DNA of 64,000 nucleotides, taken from the NCBI GenBank assembly GCA_963796455.1, contig CAWCLO010000001.1:1263026-1327025 (forward strand), written 5' to 3'. The notes under the pieces were generated by a model. The model was not told where the DNA came from. It did no database searches and worked only from the letters and a program-made list of their open reading frames with translations. The stretch is from Candidatus Sulfomarinibacteraceae bacterium (lineage in GTDB: Bacteria; Acidobacteriota; Thermoanaerobaculia; Thermoanaerobaculales; Sulfomarinibacteraceae). Position numbers and translations under genes: made by a program. This document shows positions 27,131-38,582 of the stretch, piece after piece. The first letter of the stretch is position 1; each line of letters starts with the position of its first letter.

Positions 27131-29874
27131 CTTCGATCCTCCGTCTCGAGCTTCGCCGCCCAATCAAGTACGACTACGATCGGCTCCCGGTCTTCAACAG
27201 TGCTGCGATTGAGAACGAATGTCTGCCCGTCCGGGAAGACATCGTACTGACGGTCGGACGCCTCCTCGAGCCGAGCGTCGAAGAGGGCTGTCGGCGTGCC
27301 GAAAGACGGCGGATCGAGCGAGAAGACCGGCACCGCCATCATGCGCCCGGTCAAATCGACGTAAAACAGCTCCCCGCCGTCCCGGCGCCAGCGCGGTGCG
27401 AATCCGCCCTCGGTCGAAACACGGACCTCTCCGCTCGAGCTGTCCAGGGCGCGGACGTAGACATCCCAGCGCCTCGCCGCGTCGGAGTTGTATGCGATCC
27501 AGCGGCCGTCCGGCGACAGGTCGGACCCCCACTCGGATGCCTGGTCCTGGCCGAGGCGGCGCGGGCTGGGGTCCCCTTCGAGAGAGCGGATCCAGAGAGT
27601 GCCCCGACCTTGCTTCCCGATCTCCCAGTAGACCAGCCGCCGGCCGTCGGAAGTGAAAGCGTCCGTCGCGGCGAAGGTATCGGAGAAGAAAACTGTCTGC
27701 CCCTGGCCCGACCGGTCTGCCGCGATGCGGAAGATGCCGCTCTCTCCCGACGTGGTTCCGGTTGATGAGTAGGCGACCTCGCGGCCATCGGGAGACCATG
27801 CACTCAGGACGTCGTCGCCCGAGCTGAATGTCAGGCGTGTCTCGAGGTTACCCTCGAGCTCGTGCAGCCAGAGGCCCCCCCCCGTCGACCCCGGCTCGTA
27901 GTGTGAAACGACCACGCGCCGGCCGTCCGGCGACAGACGCGGGGCGTAGTACCAGGTGTTGCTTTCCGCCGCGAGCACCTGGAGTTCGGTCCCCGACCTA
28001 TCGGCCACCACCACTCTCGTCGTGCCCGCCTTGTCGTCTCGGTAGGCCAGCAGACCATTTGAGGCAACTGTGAGCGAACGCTGACCGGACACTGCGACGG
28101 TGCCGGCCAGCAAGATCCCGAGTGGCGCCGGATCACCCACCAACTCGTTCCTGCGATCGTCGAACCGGTGGGCCACCAGCGACTCGCCGGTCACGTAGAG
28201 CACATAACCAGGAGCCGCCCAGACACCCGACGAGTTGGCGGGCCCGAGCATTTTCGAGTCGAGCGAACCGATCTCTCCCAGCCAGAGCGTTCCCGGCTCG
28301 ATGCCGGTGCCGGTTGAGGCGTAAAAGAGGAAACGCTTGCCGTCGGGCAGAAAGCTCGGGAAGCGCTGCGTGCCGATGCCGCTGTCCTCGTCGACCCTCG
28401 TCGCGGTCGTCACCTCTCCACCGCGCGCCGAAACGGCCCGAATCGGGCCGACAAAGCTCGGCGCAAAGAGAATCAGGTCCCCATCACCCCAGGTGCCTCC
28501 CCTCGCATCCTGGTTCGACCCGGTATCCGCGACGATCCGGGGCTGGCCGCCGAAGAGTTCGGTCACCTTGAGGTGGTTCTGCGCGAAGAAGCCGATCTTG
28601 CGGCTGTCCGGAGACCAGAATGGATAGCGGGCGTCGTTGGTGCCGGGCAGCATCGTCGCTTGACGATCTGCCAGAGCACGGATCCAGAGGGCCGTCCGAC
28701 CGTCCTCCCCGCGGGCCACGAAGGCGAGTTGGTGCCCATCGGGTGACAGGGCCATGCCACTGACCAGACTCGTTCCCTGTGGCGCGCTGATCTGGAACTC
28801 GGCGTGGAACGGCGGCTCACTTCCATCGCCGCCGTACGAACCGAGCCAGCGAGGAGCCAACCACCCGAGGAGAAGGCCAGCCCCCAGAATGCAGACGCCG
28901 AGCAGCCAAACTGTCCGACTGGTGCGGGCAGTAACGACCACTGGGTCGACACTTCCCACGTTTCCCCCCAGTACCTCTCCGATCGTGATCCGCGCATCAC
29001 CCATGTCGCGCTGCCGCATCTTCGGGTCCCGTTGCAGACAGCGTCCGATCAATGCTCGAATACGAGGCGGCGTTACCGCCGGTAGGGAGTCAAGATCCGG
29101 TTCGCTGGTGAGTATGGCCGCCAGCACATCGGTGACCGTTTCGCCCTCGAAGAGCTTTCGCCCGGTGAGCATCTCCCACAACACGACCCCGAAGGCCCAT
29201 ATGTCCGCACGTCGGTCGACTTTCTTCCCACGCGCCTGTTCCGGCGACATGTAGGCCGCCGTGCCGAGGATCACACCCTCGACGGTGGCGTGACGGGTGA
29301 TTGTCGGCGAGAAGGACGAGCTGAGATCGGTGCCCTCGGTCTCCCACGTCTTCGCGAGACCGAAGTCGAGCACCTTGACGGTGCCGTCGTCCGTGAGCTT
29401 GATATTGGCCGGTTTGAGATCGCGGTGGACGATCCCCTGCTCGTGCGCCGCTTCGAGCGCCTCGGCGATCTGGAGCGCGATGGGAATCGCCTCGTCAACC
29501 GGGATGGCTCCACGCGCGATGCGTTCCGACAGATCCTCGCCTTCGACAAGTTCCATCACCAGAAAGGTGATCTCGGGTGCGGCTTCGTCTGAGGTCAGTT
29601 TTGAGTTTTGAGTTTTGAGTTTTGAGTTGCCGCCGGACGCAATCGTTTCCAAACCGTAGAGGGTCGCGATGTTTGGATGATTGAGAGAAGCCAGCACCTT
29701 CGCCTCGCGCTCGAAGCGCGCCAACCGATCCGGGTCCTTCGCGAAATCCTCCGGCAGCACCTTGAGCGCCACCTCACGGCCGAGTTTGGTGTCCTCGGCT
29801 CTCCAGACCTCCCCCATTCCGCCGGCGCCGAGCGCCGCCGTGATGCGGTAGTGAGCGAGGGTCTTTCCGATCAT
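27127..29874 (-). CDS. K9: Ser/Thr kinase - TM - PD40 beta-propeller
   Basis: Full set of Hanks motifs, TM segment VWLLGVCILGAGLLLGWL, SPDG repeats. Confidence 0.9.
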   Translation of the reverse strand: MIGKTLAHYRITAALGAGGMGEVWRAEDTKLGREVALKVLPEDFAKDPDRLARFEREAKVLASLNHPNIATLYGLETIASGGNSKLKTQNSKLTSDEAAPEITFLVMELVEGEDLSERIARGAIPVDEAIPIALQIAEALEAAHEQGIVHRDLKPANIKLTDDGTVKVLDFGLAKTWETEGTDLSSSFSPTITRHATVEGVILGTAAYMSPEQARGKKVDRRADIWAFGVVLWEMLTGRKLFEGETVTDVLAAILTSEPDLDSLPAVTPPRIRALIGRCLQRDPKMRQRDMGDARITIGEVLGGNVGSVDPVVVTARTSRTVWLLGVCILGAGLLLGWLAPRWLGSYGGDGSEPPFHAEFQISAPQGTSLVSGMALSPDGHQLAFVARGEDGRTALWIRALADRQATMLPGTNDARYPFWSPDSRKIGFFAQNHLKVTELFGGQPRIVADTGSNQDARGGTWGDGDLILFAPSFVGPIRAVSARGGEVTTATRVDEDSGIGTQRFPSFLPDGKRFLFYASTGTGIEPGTLWLGEIGSLDSKMLGPANSSGVWAAPGYVLYVTGESLVAHRFDDRRNELVGDPAPLGILLAGTVAVSGQRSLTVASNGLLAYRDDKAGTTRVVVADRSGTELQVLAAESNTWYYAPRLSPDGRRVVVSHYEPGSTGGGLWLHELEGNLETRLTFSSGDDVLSAWSPDGREVAYSSTGTTSGESGIFRIAADRSGQGQTVFFSDTFAATDAFTSDGRRLVYWEIGKQGRGTLWIRSLEGDPSPRRLGQDQASEWGSDLSPDGRWIAYNSDAARRWDVYVRALDSSSGEVRVSTEGGFAPRWRRDGGELFYVDLTGRMMAVPVFSLDPPSFGTPTALFDARLEEASDRQYDVFPDGQTFVLNRSTVEDREPIVVVLDWAAKLETEDRR
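29597..29628 (-). repeat. Intragenic (CTCAAAA)n heptamer repeat in K9
   Basis: AGTTTTG x4 plus AGTT. Confidence 0.9.
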
Positions 29875-29883
29875 GAGACGGCC

Positions 29884-32800
29884 TTACACATCGAATCGCT
29901 CCCATTCCCGCCTGGCCCGCTCCATCGACCGGCCAAACCGTTCGTCGCCTCGGATGCTGTCCAGATAGTGGTCGTGCTCGGAGAGAAATGGGTAGTTGAT
30001 CATCCCCTGGTCGATCGCCCGGTCGAGCCAGAGCAACGCCTCATCGGTGGCGCCGACCGCGGCATGAGCGCTCGCCAGTGCCCAGGGGATCTCCGCATCC
30101 CACGCGGCAGCCTGCTGATACGGGCCATCGGTGAGCCGCAGGACCTCCTCGCGGTCGTCTCGCCAGGCCGCCCGGCAGAGTCCCATCCACCATGTGCCAA
30201 TGTCCGAATCCGGCTGCGCTACTACCCCCTCGGTCAACGCCTCAGCTTCATCGAGCTGCCGGGCGTAGCTCAGGGCCATGACGTAGTTCGAGCGCCACAC
30301 CGGGGTGACCGGATCGAGTTCGAGCATTCGGCGCCCGGGTTCGAGCGCCTCGGAAAACCGGCCGGCGAAAAGCGGCACCGTGACGCTCATCAGGCGGCTC
30401 ATCGGGTCGAGCGGATCGATATCCAGGAGCCGTGCCACCAAAGGCGCCGCAGCGTCCGGCTTTCCACCGAGCCACCCGAGGATGTGAGCGGACAGCTGAA
30501 GTGCCTGGACGTCCTGAGGATAGGCCTGCAACACGCGTCGCCAGCTTCGACGGCTGCCATGAATGTCGCCCCGTGCCAACTGCAAATGCGCCCGGACGCT
30601 GGCGCCGCGAGGCGAATCGGGATCGAGCGCGAAGATCTTTTCCGCGCACCTTTCGGCCTTTGTGATGTATTCCTCTTCCCTGCCGCCGGCGGCCCCGATG
30701 TTGATGGCCTGAAAGTAGGCCTCACCGAGCCCCTGATAGAGCAGGGCGTTGTCGCCGATCAGCGCGAGCCCGGCCTCCAGATGGCTGACGGCCTTGTCCA
30801 CGCCACCGGGCAGAAAGCTCCAGATCTCTCTCCGAGCGCGGAGGTAGCACTCCTGGGCACGAACGTCCGGGATGGGCCGCTCGGAGAGTTGCTCGGCTTC
30901 GTGCGGTGTCAGACGAATCTCGAGAGCATCCACGATCGATCGCGACACGCGCTCCTGGATGTCGAACACATCGTCCAACGTGCCCTCGAACTTGTCGGAC
31001 CAGAGCTGGGCGTCGTCCGGCGCGTCCACCAGCCTCGCCGTGATCCGCAGGTTGTTCGCCGCGCGCCGCACGCTGCCTTCGAGCACGTACCGGCAGGCGA
31101 GGTCCCGGCCGATGGCCGCGAGTCCACGCTCGTCGCCCTTGAGACGCATCGCCGAGGAACGGGAGATCACGCGCAGCGCCTGAACCCGCGACAGATCGGT
31201 GATGATCTCGTCGGTGAGCCCGTCTGAGAAGTACTCGGTGTCGGGGTCGGGGCTCAAATTGGCGAATGGGAGGACGACGATTGATTTTGTTTCGTCCGAG
31301 GTCTGTGGAGGAACAGAACGGGAAGGCGACGCTTTCGCGTTCTCGCCCACCGCAGCGTTCAACTCCCCGAGCAGAGCTTTCGCGGCTTGAAAATCCGAGG
31401 TGTCAAAACCCTCGGTGAACCACGAGTAGACCCTTTCGAGCGCTTCGTGTGCTTCACCACAGCGTCCCTGCTGCTGCCACAGTCGCGCCAGGCTCGTCGT
31501 CGCCCGCAGCTCCCACGACTTCGCCCGTTGCCGCTGGGCCACCTCGATGGCCCTCAAAAAGCAGCGCTCGCTTTCCAGCGGTTCGGATGAGAAGCAAGAT
31601 CTCACCCTTCAGCCGATGAAGCTCCGCCTCGTGGAAATGTTCGCCGGTCGTGGCGACGTGGTCGAAGGCCTCGTCCACAAGGGTCAGGGCCTCGTCGTAC
31701 CGACCCATGCCGGCACAGCCCTGGGCGATGACGCTCAGGGTGAACGACCGCGCCCACCCGAACTCGATGACCTCCAGACCAGCGACGCCTTGACGGGCGA
31801 CTTCCGAACCCGGTTCGAACTCGTGCTGGGAGATCAGAGCCGAGCCCTTGCAGATACCGGCAAAATGCAGAAACATCGGGAGTTCGAATTGGCTCGCGAT
31901 TTCGATCGACCTTTCGGCCAGCTCCTGAGCCTGCTTCGCCGATCCGGTCAGCTGTCGGATCCACGAAGCGAAGCACGGACCGAAGGTTTGCGTGGCGGGA
32001 TCGGAGATCGTGTCACCCAGAGCGACGGCGGCCGTCGTTTCCTGGAGGGCCTGATCGGGGTACCCGGCCAGCCACAGGGCCAACCCTCCCATGCTGTGGG
32101 CAGAGACCGCGGAATCGTACCCGAAGAGCGAGGCGAGCGACCCATGTTCGTCAGGCTTGTAGTGGGCCAGTGCTCGCGCCGCGTGCTCGCTCGAGGGCAC
32201 CGGATCTCCGACGCACAACAGATTGTCGGCCATGACCGAGTGAGCGGCCACCAGCAGCCCCGTGTCGTCACCCCGCTCCGCCAACTCCAGCAACTGTTCG
32301 CCAACGTCCACCGCCGCTTCGAGGTCGCCCTGATTCTGGAAAAACTCCCAGAGCCCGAACAGTACCGGGAAAAGCTGTGGTGCGTCCCCGATCTCGTGAC
32401 ACAGCTCGCGAGCTCGTGAGTACGCCGTGCCGGTCTCGGGATGCCCGAATCCGCGGAAGGTCCGCAGCGCCAGTCCGAGAGCCAACTGCAGCTCGAGTTC
32501 GGTGCGGGAACGCTCATCTGACGGGTCGAGCATCCCGACCATCTCGAGGCCCTGCTTGGCAAGGGTGGCTGCTTCCCGATGGGCAAAGATCGTGATGGCC
32601 TGATTCGCAGCCGTCAGATAGTGCTCCGCCGCGCGGGCGAATTCTCGTCCGGCCTCGAAGAGCGCGGCGAGCTCGTGCGCCACTTTTCGGGTGTTCTTGA
32701 GATGAGCCGTTTCAAGTGCCTGCCCCACCTCGTTGCTCAGCCTCGCCTTTCGAGTCGACTTGAGGTCCGAATACAGCGCGTTTTGATAGAGCACGTGGAC

Positions 32801-35800
32801 AAAGCGATAGCGGAGGGTCATGGTGCGGTCGGGAAGCTCGGTCTCGCCGGTGAACTTGACGAACGCGTGGACGCGCTCGAGCGTTTCCAGACGTTTTTCG
32901 GTCTCTTCGGGAGGCAGATCCAGGACCCGGGCGGCGATGGCGGAATCAAACGCGTAGCCCTGTACGCTCGCCGCGGTGAGGAGTTCGAGATCGTGCTCGC
33001 CGAGCTGCCCGATCTTGCGCTCGATCATCCCGCGCACCGATTCCGGCAACTCGTTTTCGATCTCCGGCAACCCGTGCATGAGGCGCCACTCACCGTCTTC
33101 CTCGCCGATGGTTCCGTTTTCCCGGAGGTAGCGCACGAGATCGGCCATGAACAGAGGACTGCCTTCGGTCTTGGAGTGGATCAACGTCGGGAAATCACTG
33201 GGAAAGCGGTGATCCGGAAACTCGAGCGCGAGGTAGTCGGAAACCTCTGGCTCTTGCAGGAACTCGAGAAGAAGTTCACGGCACAGCCCGCGGGTCTGGA
33301 GATCGGGTTTGATCTGGAGGAATGGGTGTTTTGAGAGCTTCATGTCCGAGGGCCGGTAGGTCACCACCACGAGCACGTTCAAGCCTTCGAACTTCGCGGC
33401 CAGAAAGCTGAGCAGATCGACTGTCGATTCGTCCGCCCAGTGGAGATCGTCGAGAAAAAACACCATCGGGAGCGGACGGGACAAATCCTGGAGGCAGGTC
33501 ACGAAATCCAGCTTCAACCGCTCCTGGGTGGTTTCCTTGGCGTGCTCGAGGAGACGATCCGTCTCGTCACTGTCCCCACCGGGCGGCGCGATCTGGACAT
33601 ACCAGGCCGGTGCAACCTGCTTCATGATCTTCGCGGGTTCTTCTCCGTCGCCGGTTTGCAGCAGACTGCCGAGAGCTTCGAGTACGGGGAGATAGGCATC
33701 CGATCCGCCGATCCGTTCGGAAGAGCGCCCGCGGGCCACGGTGCACCTGCCATCGGCGATAGCGTCGTCGAGAAAGCCCTCCACCAGTGTGGTTTTGCCG
33801 ATGCCCGGCTCTCCAGCTACGCAAACCATCGAACCCCGACCTTCGCGAGCCGACTCGAGGGCCTCACGCAGGACATCGAGCTCTGATTGCCTCCCAACGG
33901 TGTGACGGAGGCTGCCGGATTCGGCGCTGACTGGAATTGGCGAGGAAACCGAGGACCCCTCCTCGAACCCAGCCTTTCGGAGCCCATCCACGAAGTGTTC
34001 GACCAACTCCGGTTGGTACCACTTCTCCATCAGCTCGCGACCCGAGCGGGCAAAGTCCGGTTTCTGGATCAGCAGGTCATCAAGCGCCTTGCGCGCCGAC
34101 TCCTTCTCCCCCAGCTGACCGTAAGCCGCGGCAAGCAACCAGTTGGTCCAGAATATCTCGAAGGCGTTGGCTTTCACGGCCTCGTCCACGGCTGCCCGGT
34201 AGTTCTCCCTGCGGTACTCGTCGATGGCCAGCACCGATCCATACCAGCGCGGATGGTGGGGGTTGAGATCCATGGCGCGGCGGATGAGATCGCAGCCGCG
34301 ATCCCAATCTCCGGCAAAACAGGTGATGAAGATGGCCTCGTTGCTGCCGTCGTAGGGGTTGAGAGCCAGAGCACGCTCACAGGCACTGAGACAGGCCGCG
34401 GTTTCCCTGCGGAAGAATAGGGCAACCGCCAGCACCTGCTGAGCGAGGTGATTGGACGGAGCGAGGTCGACGGCTTTTCTGGCGGCCTCGAGCGCGCGGT
34501 CGAGGGAACCGGGCCTGGGGTTGAATTCGTGGGCGAACTCGTGCGAGTAGACCCATGACAGCATGGCCCAGCAATCGGCGTTGGAAGGTGCCTGTTCGAC
34601 TGCACGCTCCAGAGCGTCGCGCGCCTGGGCGTGCTCGTTCGGGATCGAGTCTGAAGTGATAGCCGAACCCGCGCATCAGGGCCTCGTATGGGGTCATCTC
34701 GGCAATCGGCTTGTTTCGAACCACCTCACTGATGGCCCGCGCCAGGACCCCGAAGTGGTCCGCACAGGTGGAAACGATCCGCGGCACGAGATCATCCTGC
34801 AATTCGAAGAGCCCGACGGAATCGAATTCCCGGTCGTAGGCCTCGGCCCAGAGATGAGCCCCAGAAAGCGTATCAACAAGCTGCACGGCAACCCGCACCT
34901 TTTTGCCAGCCCGGCGTAGGTTCCCTTCCATGAGGTATCGCGCACCGGTCGTGGCAGAGCCGCGAGCGATCACCCGGAGATAGGAGAAACGCGACAACCC
35001 GGTCACGATGCCCTCGCTGAGCCCTTCGGCCAGCGCGGTGAGATCGGCGTCATCGCCGGCTGATTTGAAGGGCAGCACCGCGACCCAGAAACCCTCTTCG
35101 GCGTGGGCCTCAACCGAAGCCGACGAGGGGGCATGAGTCGCTGTTGAGGATGACCCTGAATCGGGGTCGGCCGGAATCACAAGCCCCGCCTTTTGAAGGC
35201 CGTCGAGCAACAGTTCGACGAGTTGCGGAAGGTACCACTTCCCGAACTGGTCGCTCGCGATTTCCGCAAAGTCAGGCTTCAGGGCCAGCACCTCTCGCAG
35301 GGCCTCGCCCGCCGCCTCGCCCTCACCGAGCTGGCCGTAAAGGGCCGCGAACAGGGCCTGCGAATAGTACTGTCCCGGCATGACGGCCTTGGGAACGAGG
35401 GTTCGCGCGCCTTCGTAGTCGCCCTTGCGAAACGCGTCGAGGAAGGGGAGAGCCCAGTACCAAGCCGGGTGATGTGGGTTGAGTTGCCTCCCCTTCTCTC
35501 CCAGCTCGCAGCCGCGCTCCCAATCTCCAGCGAAGGCCAGCAGATGGCCCAGGTACTCGACCGTAAATCCGTCCATTGGGTTCACGGCGAGGGCTCGTTC
35601 GGCTGCGCTGCGGAAGGCGACGAATTCCTTTCGGAAGAACATGGCCTGGGCCAGGGCCAGATGAGCGAGGTGATTGGATGGGTCGGCGTCCACCGCTTGC
35701 CGCGCGGCGTGGAGCGCCCGGCCGAGAGAATCGGGCTTCACGTTGAAGCCGAACCGGTGCTCTTCGCCGCACATCATTGACAACATCACCCAGGCGTCGG

Positions 35801-38582
35801 CGTATCGAGGCGCCTCGGCGACGGCTCGTTCCAGGCCGGCCCGCACCGCGGCATGCTCGTCGGGTCTGACCCGCTGGTAGTAGCCGCATCCACGCAACAC
35901 CGCCTCGTAAGGGCTCAGCTCGTCGGCAGTCTTGCTCCGGACGGCCTCGCTCAAGGCGCGAGGCAGAACTCCGGACCAGTCGGCGACCGTGGAGACGATC
36001 CGGGGAACGAGGTCGTCCTGCAACTCGAAGATCGCGCCGGGGTGGAACGAGCGATTGTAGGTTTCCGCCCACAGGTGGGCGCCGGTCATGGCGTCGACGA
36101 GCTGCGTCGCGATGCGCAGCATCGAACCCGCTCGGCGAATGCTGCCCTCCATCACGTATCGGGCTCCCAGCTCCTTGCCCACTGCCCGAACGTCATCCGT
36201 ATCCCTCGCTATGTGCGATGTCGAGCTGCGGGCAATGACTCGGAGAAAGGAGAACCGCGACAGACCCGTGACGATCTCCTCCGTCAGGCCCTCGGCCAAA
36301 GACGCGAGATCGGCATCGTCACCGTTGTATTTGAAGGGCAACACCGCGACCCAGAAGCCCTCGTCGGCGCGTGCCGCGCCGGAATCAGGTGCGCGGGAAA
36401 GCTCAGCCGTCTTCGATCGCGACACTGACGCCGACGTTGCCGGTATCTCAAACCCGGCCTTGCTGAACCCGTCGAGCATCTGTTCCACGAGCTCCGCATC
36501 CCACCACTTCTCGCACTCCTGACGGGCGATATCGGCAAAGTCCGGCCGGATATCGAGCAGCCTCTCGATGGCTTTGCCCGCCGCCTCGCGATCACCGAGC
36601 TGCCCGCATGCGACTGCAATCGCCGCGTGCTGACCCCAGTGGTCGGGCAGATTCACTTTCTGCGTAATGGCGAGTGCGGCTGAGTAGTCGTGTTCGCGGT
36701 AGGCGTAGAAGAAGTCGGCATACCAGTACCATCCGGGATGCGTGGGGTTGAGCCGTTTGGCACGCCCCGCGAGCTCGAGACCCCGCTCCGAGTCGCCCGA
36801 ATAGATCAGCAGCTCGCCGAGAAACGCGATCGAGTTGCCGTCCATGGGGTTGAGTTCGGCGGCGCGCGCCGCCGCGTTGCGGAATGCCTCGAACTCCTTT
36901 TGGAAAAAGAGCACCTGCGCGAGACTGAAATGGGCCAGGTGGTTGGAGGGCCCGGCCTCGACGGCCCGCCGCGCCGCGTTTGCTGAGCTTTCGAGGGGAT
37001 CAGCCAGAAGTTTGAAGCCCTGTCCGTACTCCTGGGCGCCGAGTAGTGCAAGCATGGCCCAGGCATCGGCAGAGTCCGGCGCCTTTTGCACCGCCAGCAA
37101 GAGGCCTTCCCGCGCCGCTGCAAGCTCTTCGGCGGTCACTCGCTCGAAATAGGAAAAGCTGCGGAGCACCGCTTCGTAGGGACTCAACTCCTCTGGAGGA
37201 CAGCTGCGCAAGGCCTCGCCCATACTTCGTGGCAGAACCCCGTGGGTGTCTGCAACCGTCGAAACGATCGTCGGGACGAGCTCGTCCTGCACGGCGAAAA
37301 GATCGTCGGCATCAAAATTCCGATCGTAGGCTTCCGCCCACAGGTGAACTCCGGATTGTGTGTCAACGAGTTGCACCGCGAGACGGAGCTTCTTCCCCGC
37401 CCGGCGGAGGCTTCCCTCCATGACATAGCGAGCTCCCAGCTCCTCACCGACCGCGCGCACGTCGATGCCTTCGCTCGCGTATTTGAGCGTCGAGCCGCGG
37501 GCAATCACCCGCAGGTACGAGAAACGCGACAGACCGGTCACGATGTCCTCGCTCAGACCCTCGGCCAACGCGACGAGATCCTCATCACCACCGGTGTACT
37601 TGAAGGGGAGCACCGCGACCCAGAAGCCCTCGTCCGCTTTCAATCCGCTCGAGGACACCCCGGAATGCGACGGCGGGCGGGGAGCCGCGCGGGATGGTCC
37701 GGCAGCCGGACGATGTCCTTGCGCCACCATCGAGCTCGCCTCCGTCTGCAACGCCTTCAATTCGTTGAAGACGTCACGCGCCGTTTGGTAGCGGTCGCGG
37801 CGTTTCTTCTCAAGACAGCGGCCGATGATCCGGCCGAGGTGGCGCGGCAGATCGGATCGCAGCTCCACCACCGGCGTCGGCACATCCTTCAAAATCGACG
37901 ACATCAGGGCCGGCGAGCTCTTGCCCAGAAAGGGTCGTTCGCCGACGGCCATCTCGTACAAGAGCACACCGAGCGAAAAGATGTCGGTCCGATGATCGAC
38001 GATTTCGCCCTCGATCTGTTCCGGCGACATATAGGGCATCGTGCCGACCACCATGCCGATTCCTGTCAAAGCCTCGGTCGGGAGCTCGGTGGAATCCGAC
38101 GCATCGCCAACTTCCCGCACCTTGGCAAGCCCGAAGTCCAGCACCTTGAGTCGCCCGTCGGCATCGACCATCACGTTCGGGGGTTTGAGGTCGCGGTGGA
38201 TGACGCTCTTGTCGTGCGCCGCCGAAATCGCCTCGGCCAGGGGCACCGCAAGATCGAAGAAGAGTCCGAGCTCCATTCCATCTTCGAGGATCAGTTTGTC
38301 CAGGCTCCGGCCCTCGATGAGCTCCATGGTCAGGAAGCGAATACCATCCGCCTCCTCCACCGAGTGGATCGTGACGATGTGGGGGTGGTTGAGCGAGGCC
38401 ACCGCCCGCGCCTCGCGCTCGAAGCGATCGAGCCGCTGCGGGTCGTCGACAAACTCCTCAGGCAGCACCTTGAGCGCCACCTCGCGGCCGAGCTTGGTGT
38501 CGGTCGCACGCCACACCTCCCCCATCCCACCGGCGCCGAGCGCTGCGGTGATGCGGTAGTGAGCGAGGGTCGTGCCGATCAT
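29884..38582 (-). CDS. K8: giant (~2900 aa) Ser/Thr kinase - 3x TolB_N-like/TPR module - STAND AAA ATPase - TPR - TolB_N/TPR; two frameshifts
   Basis: Three consecutive ORFs join with frame changes near 34640 (restoring DPEEHAQARDALERAV) and near 31590 (restoring AELHRLKGE...ERCFLRAIEVAQRQRAKSWELRA). Walker A GEPGIGKTT, Walker B LDDLHWAD, GSPLF. Confidence 0.8.
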
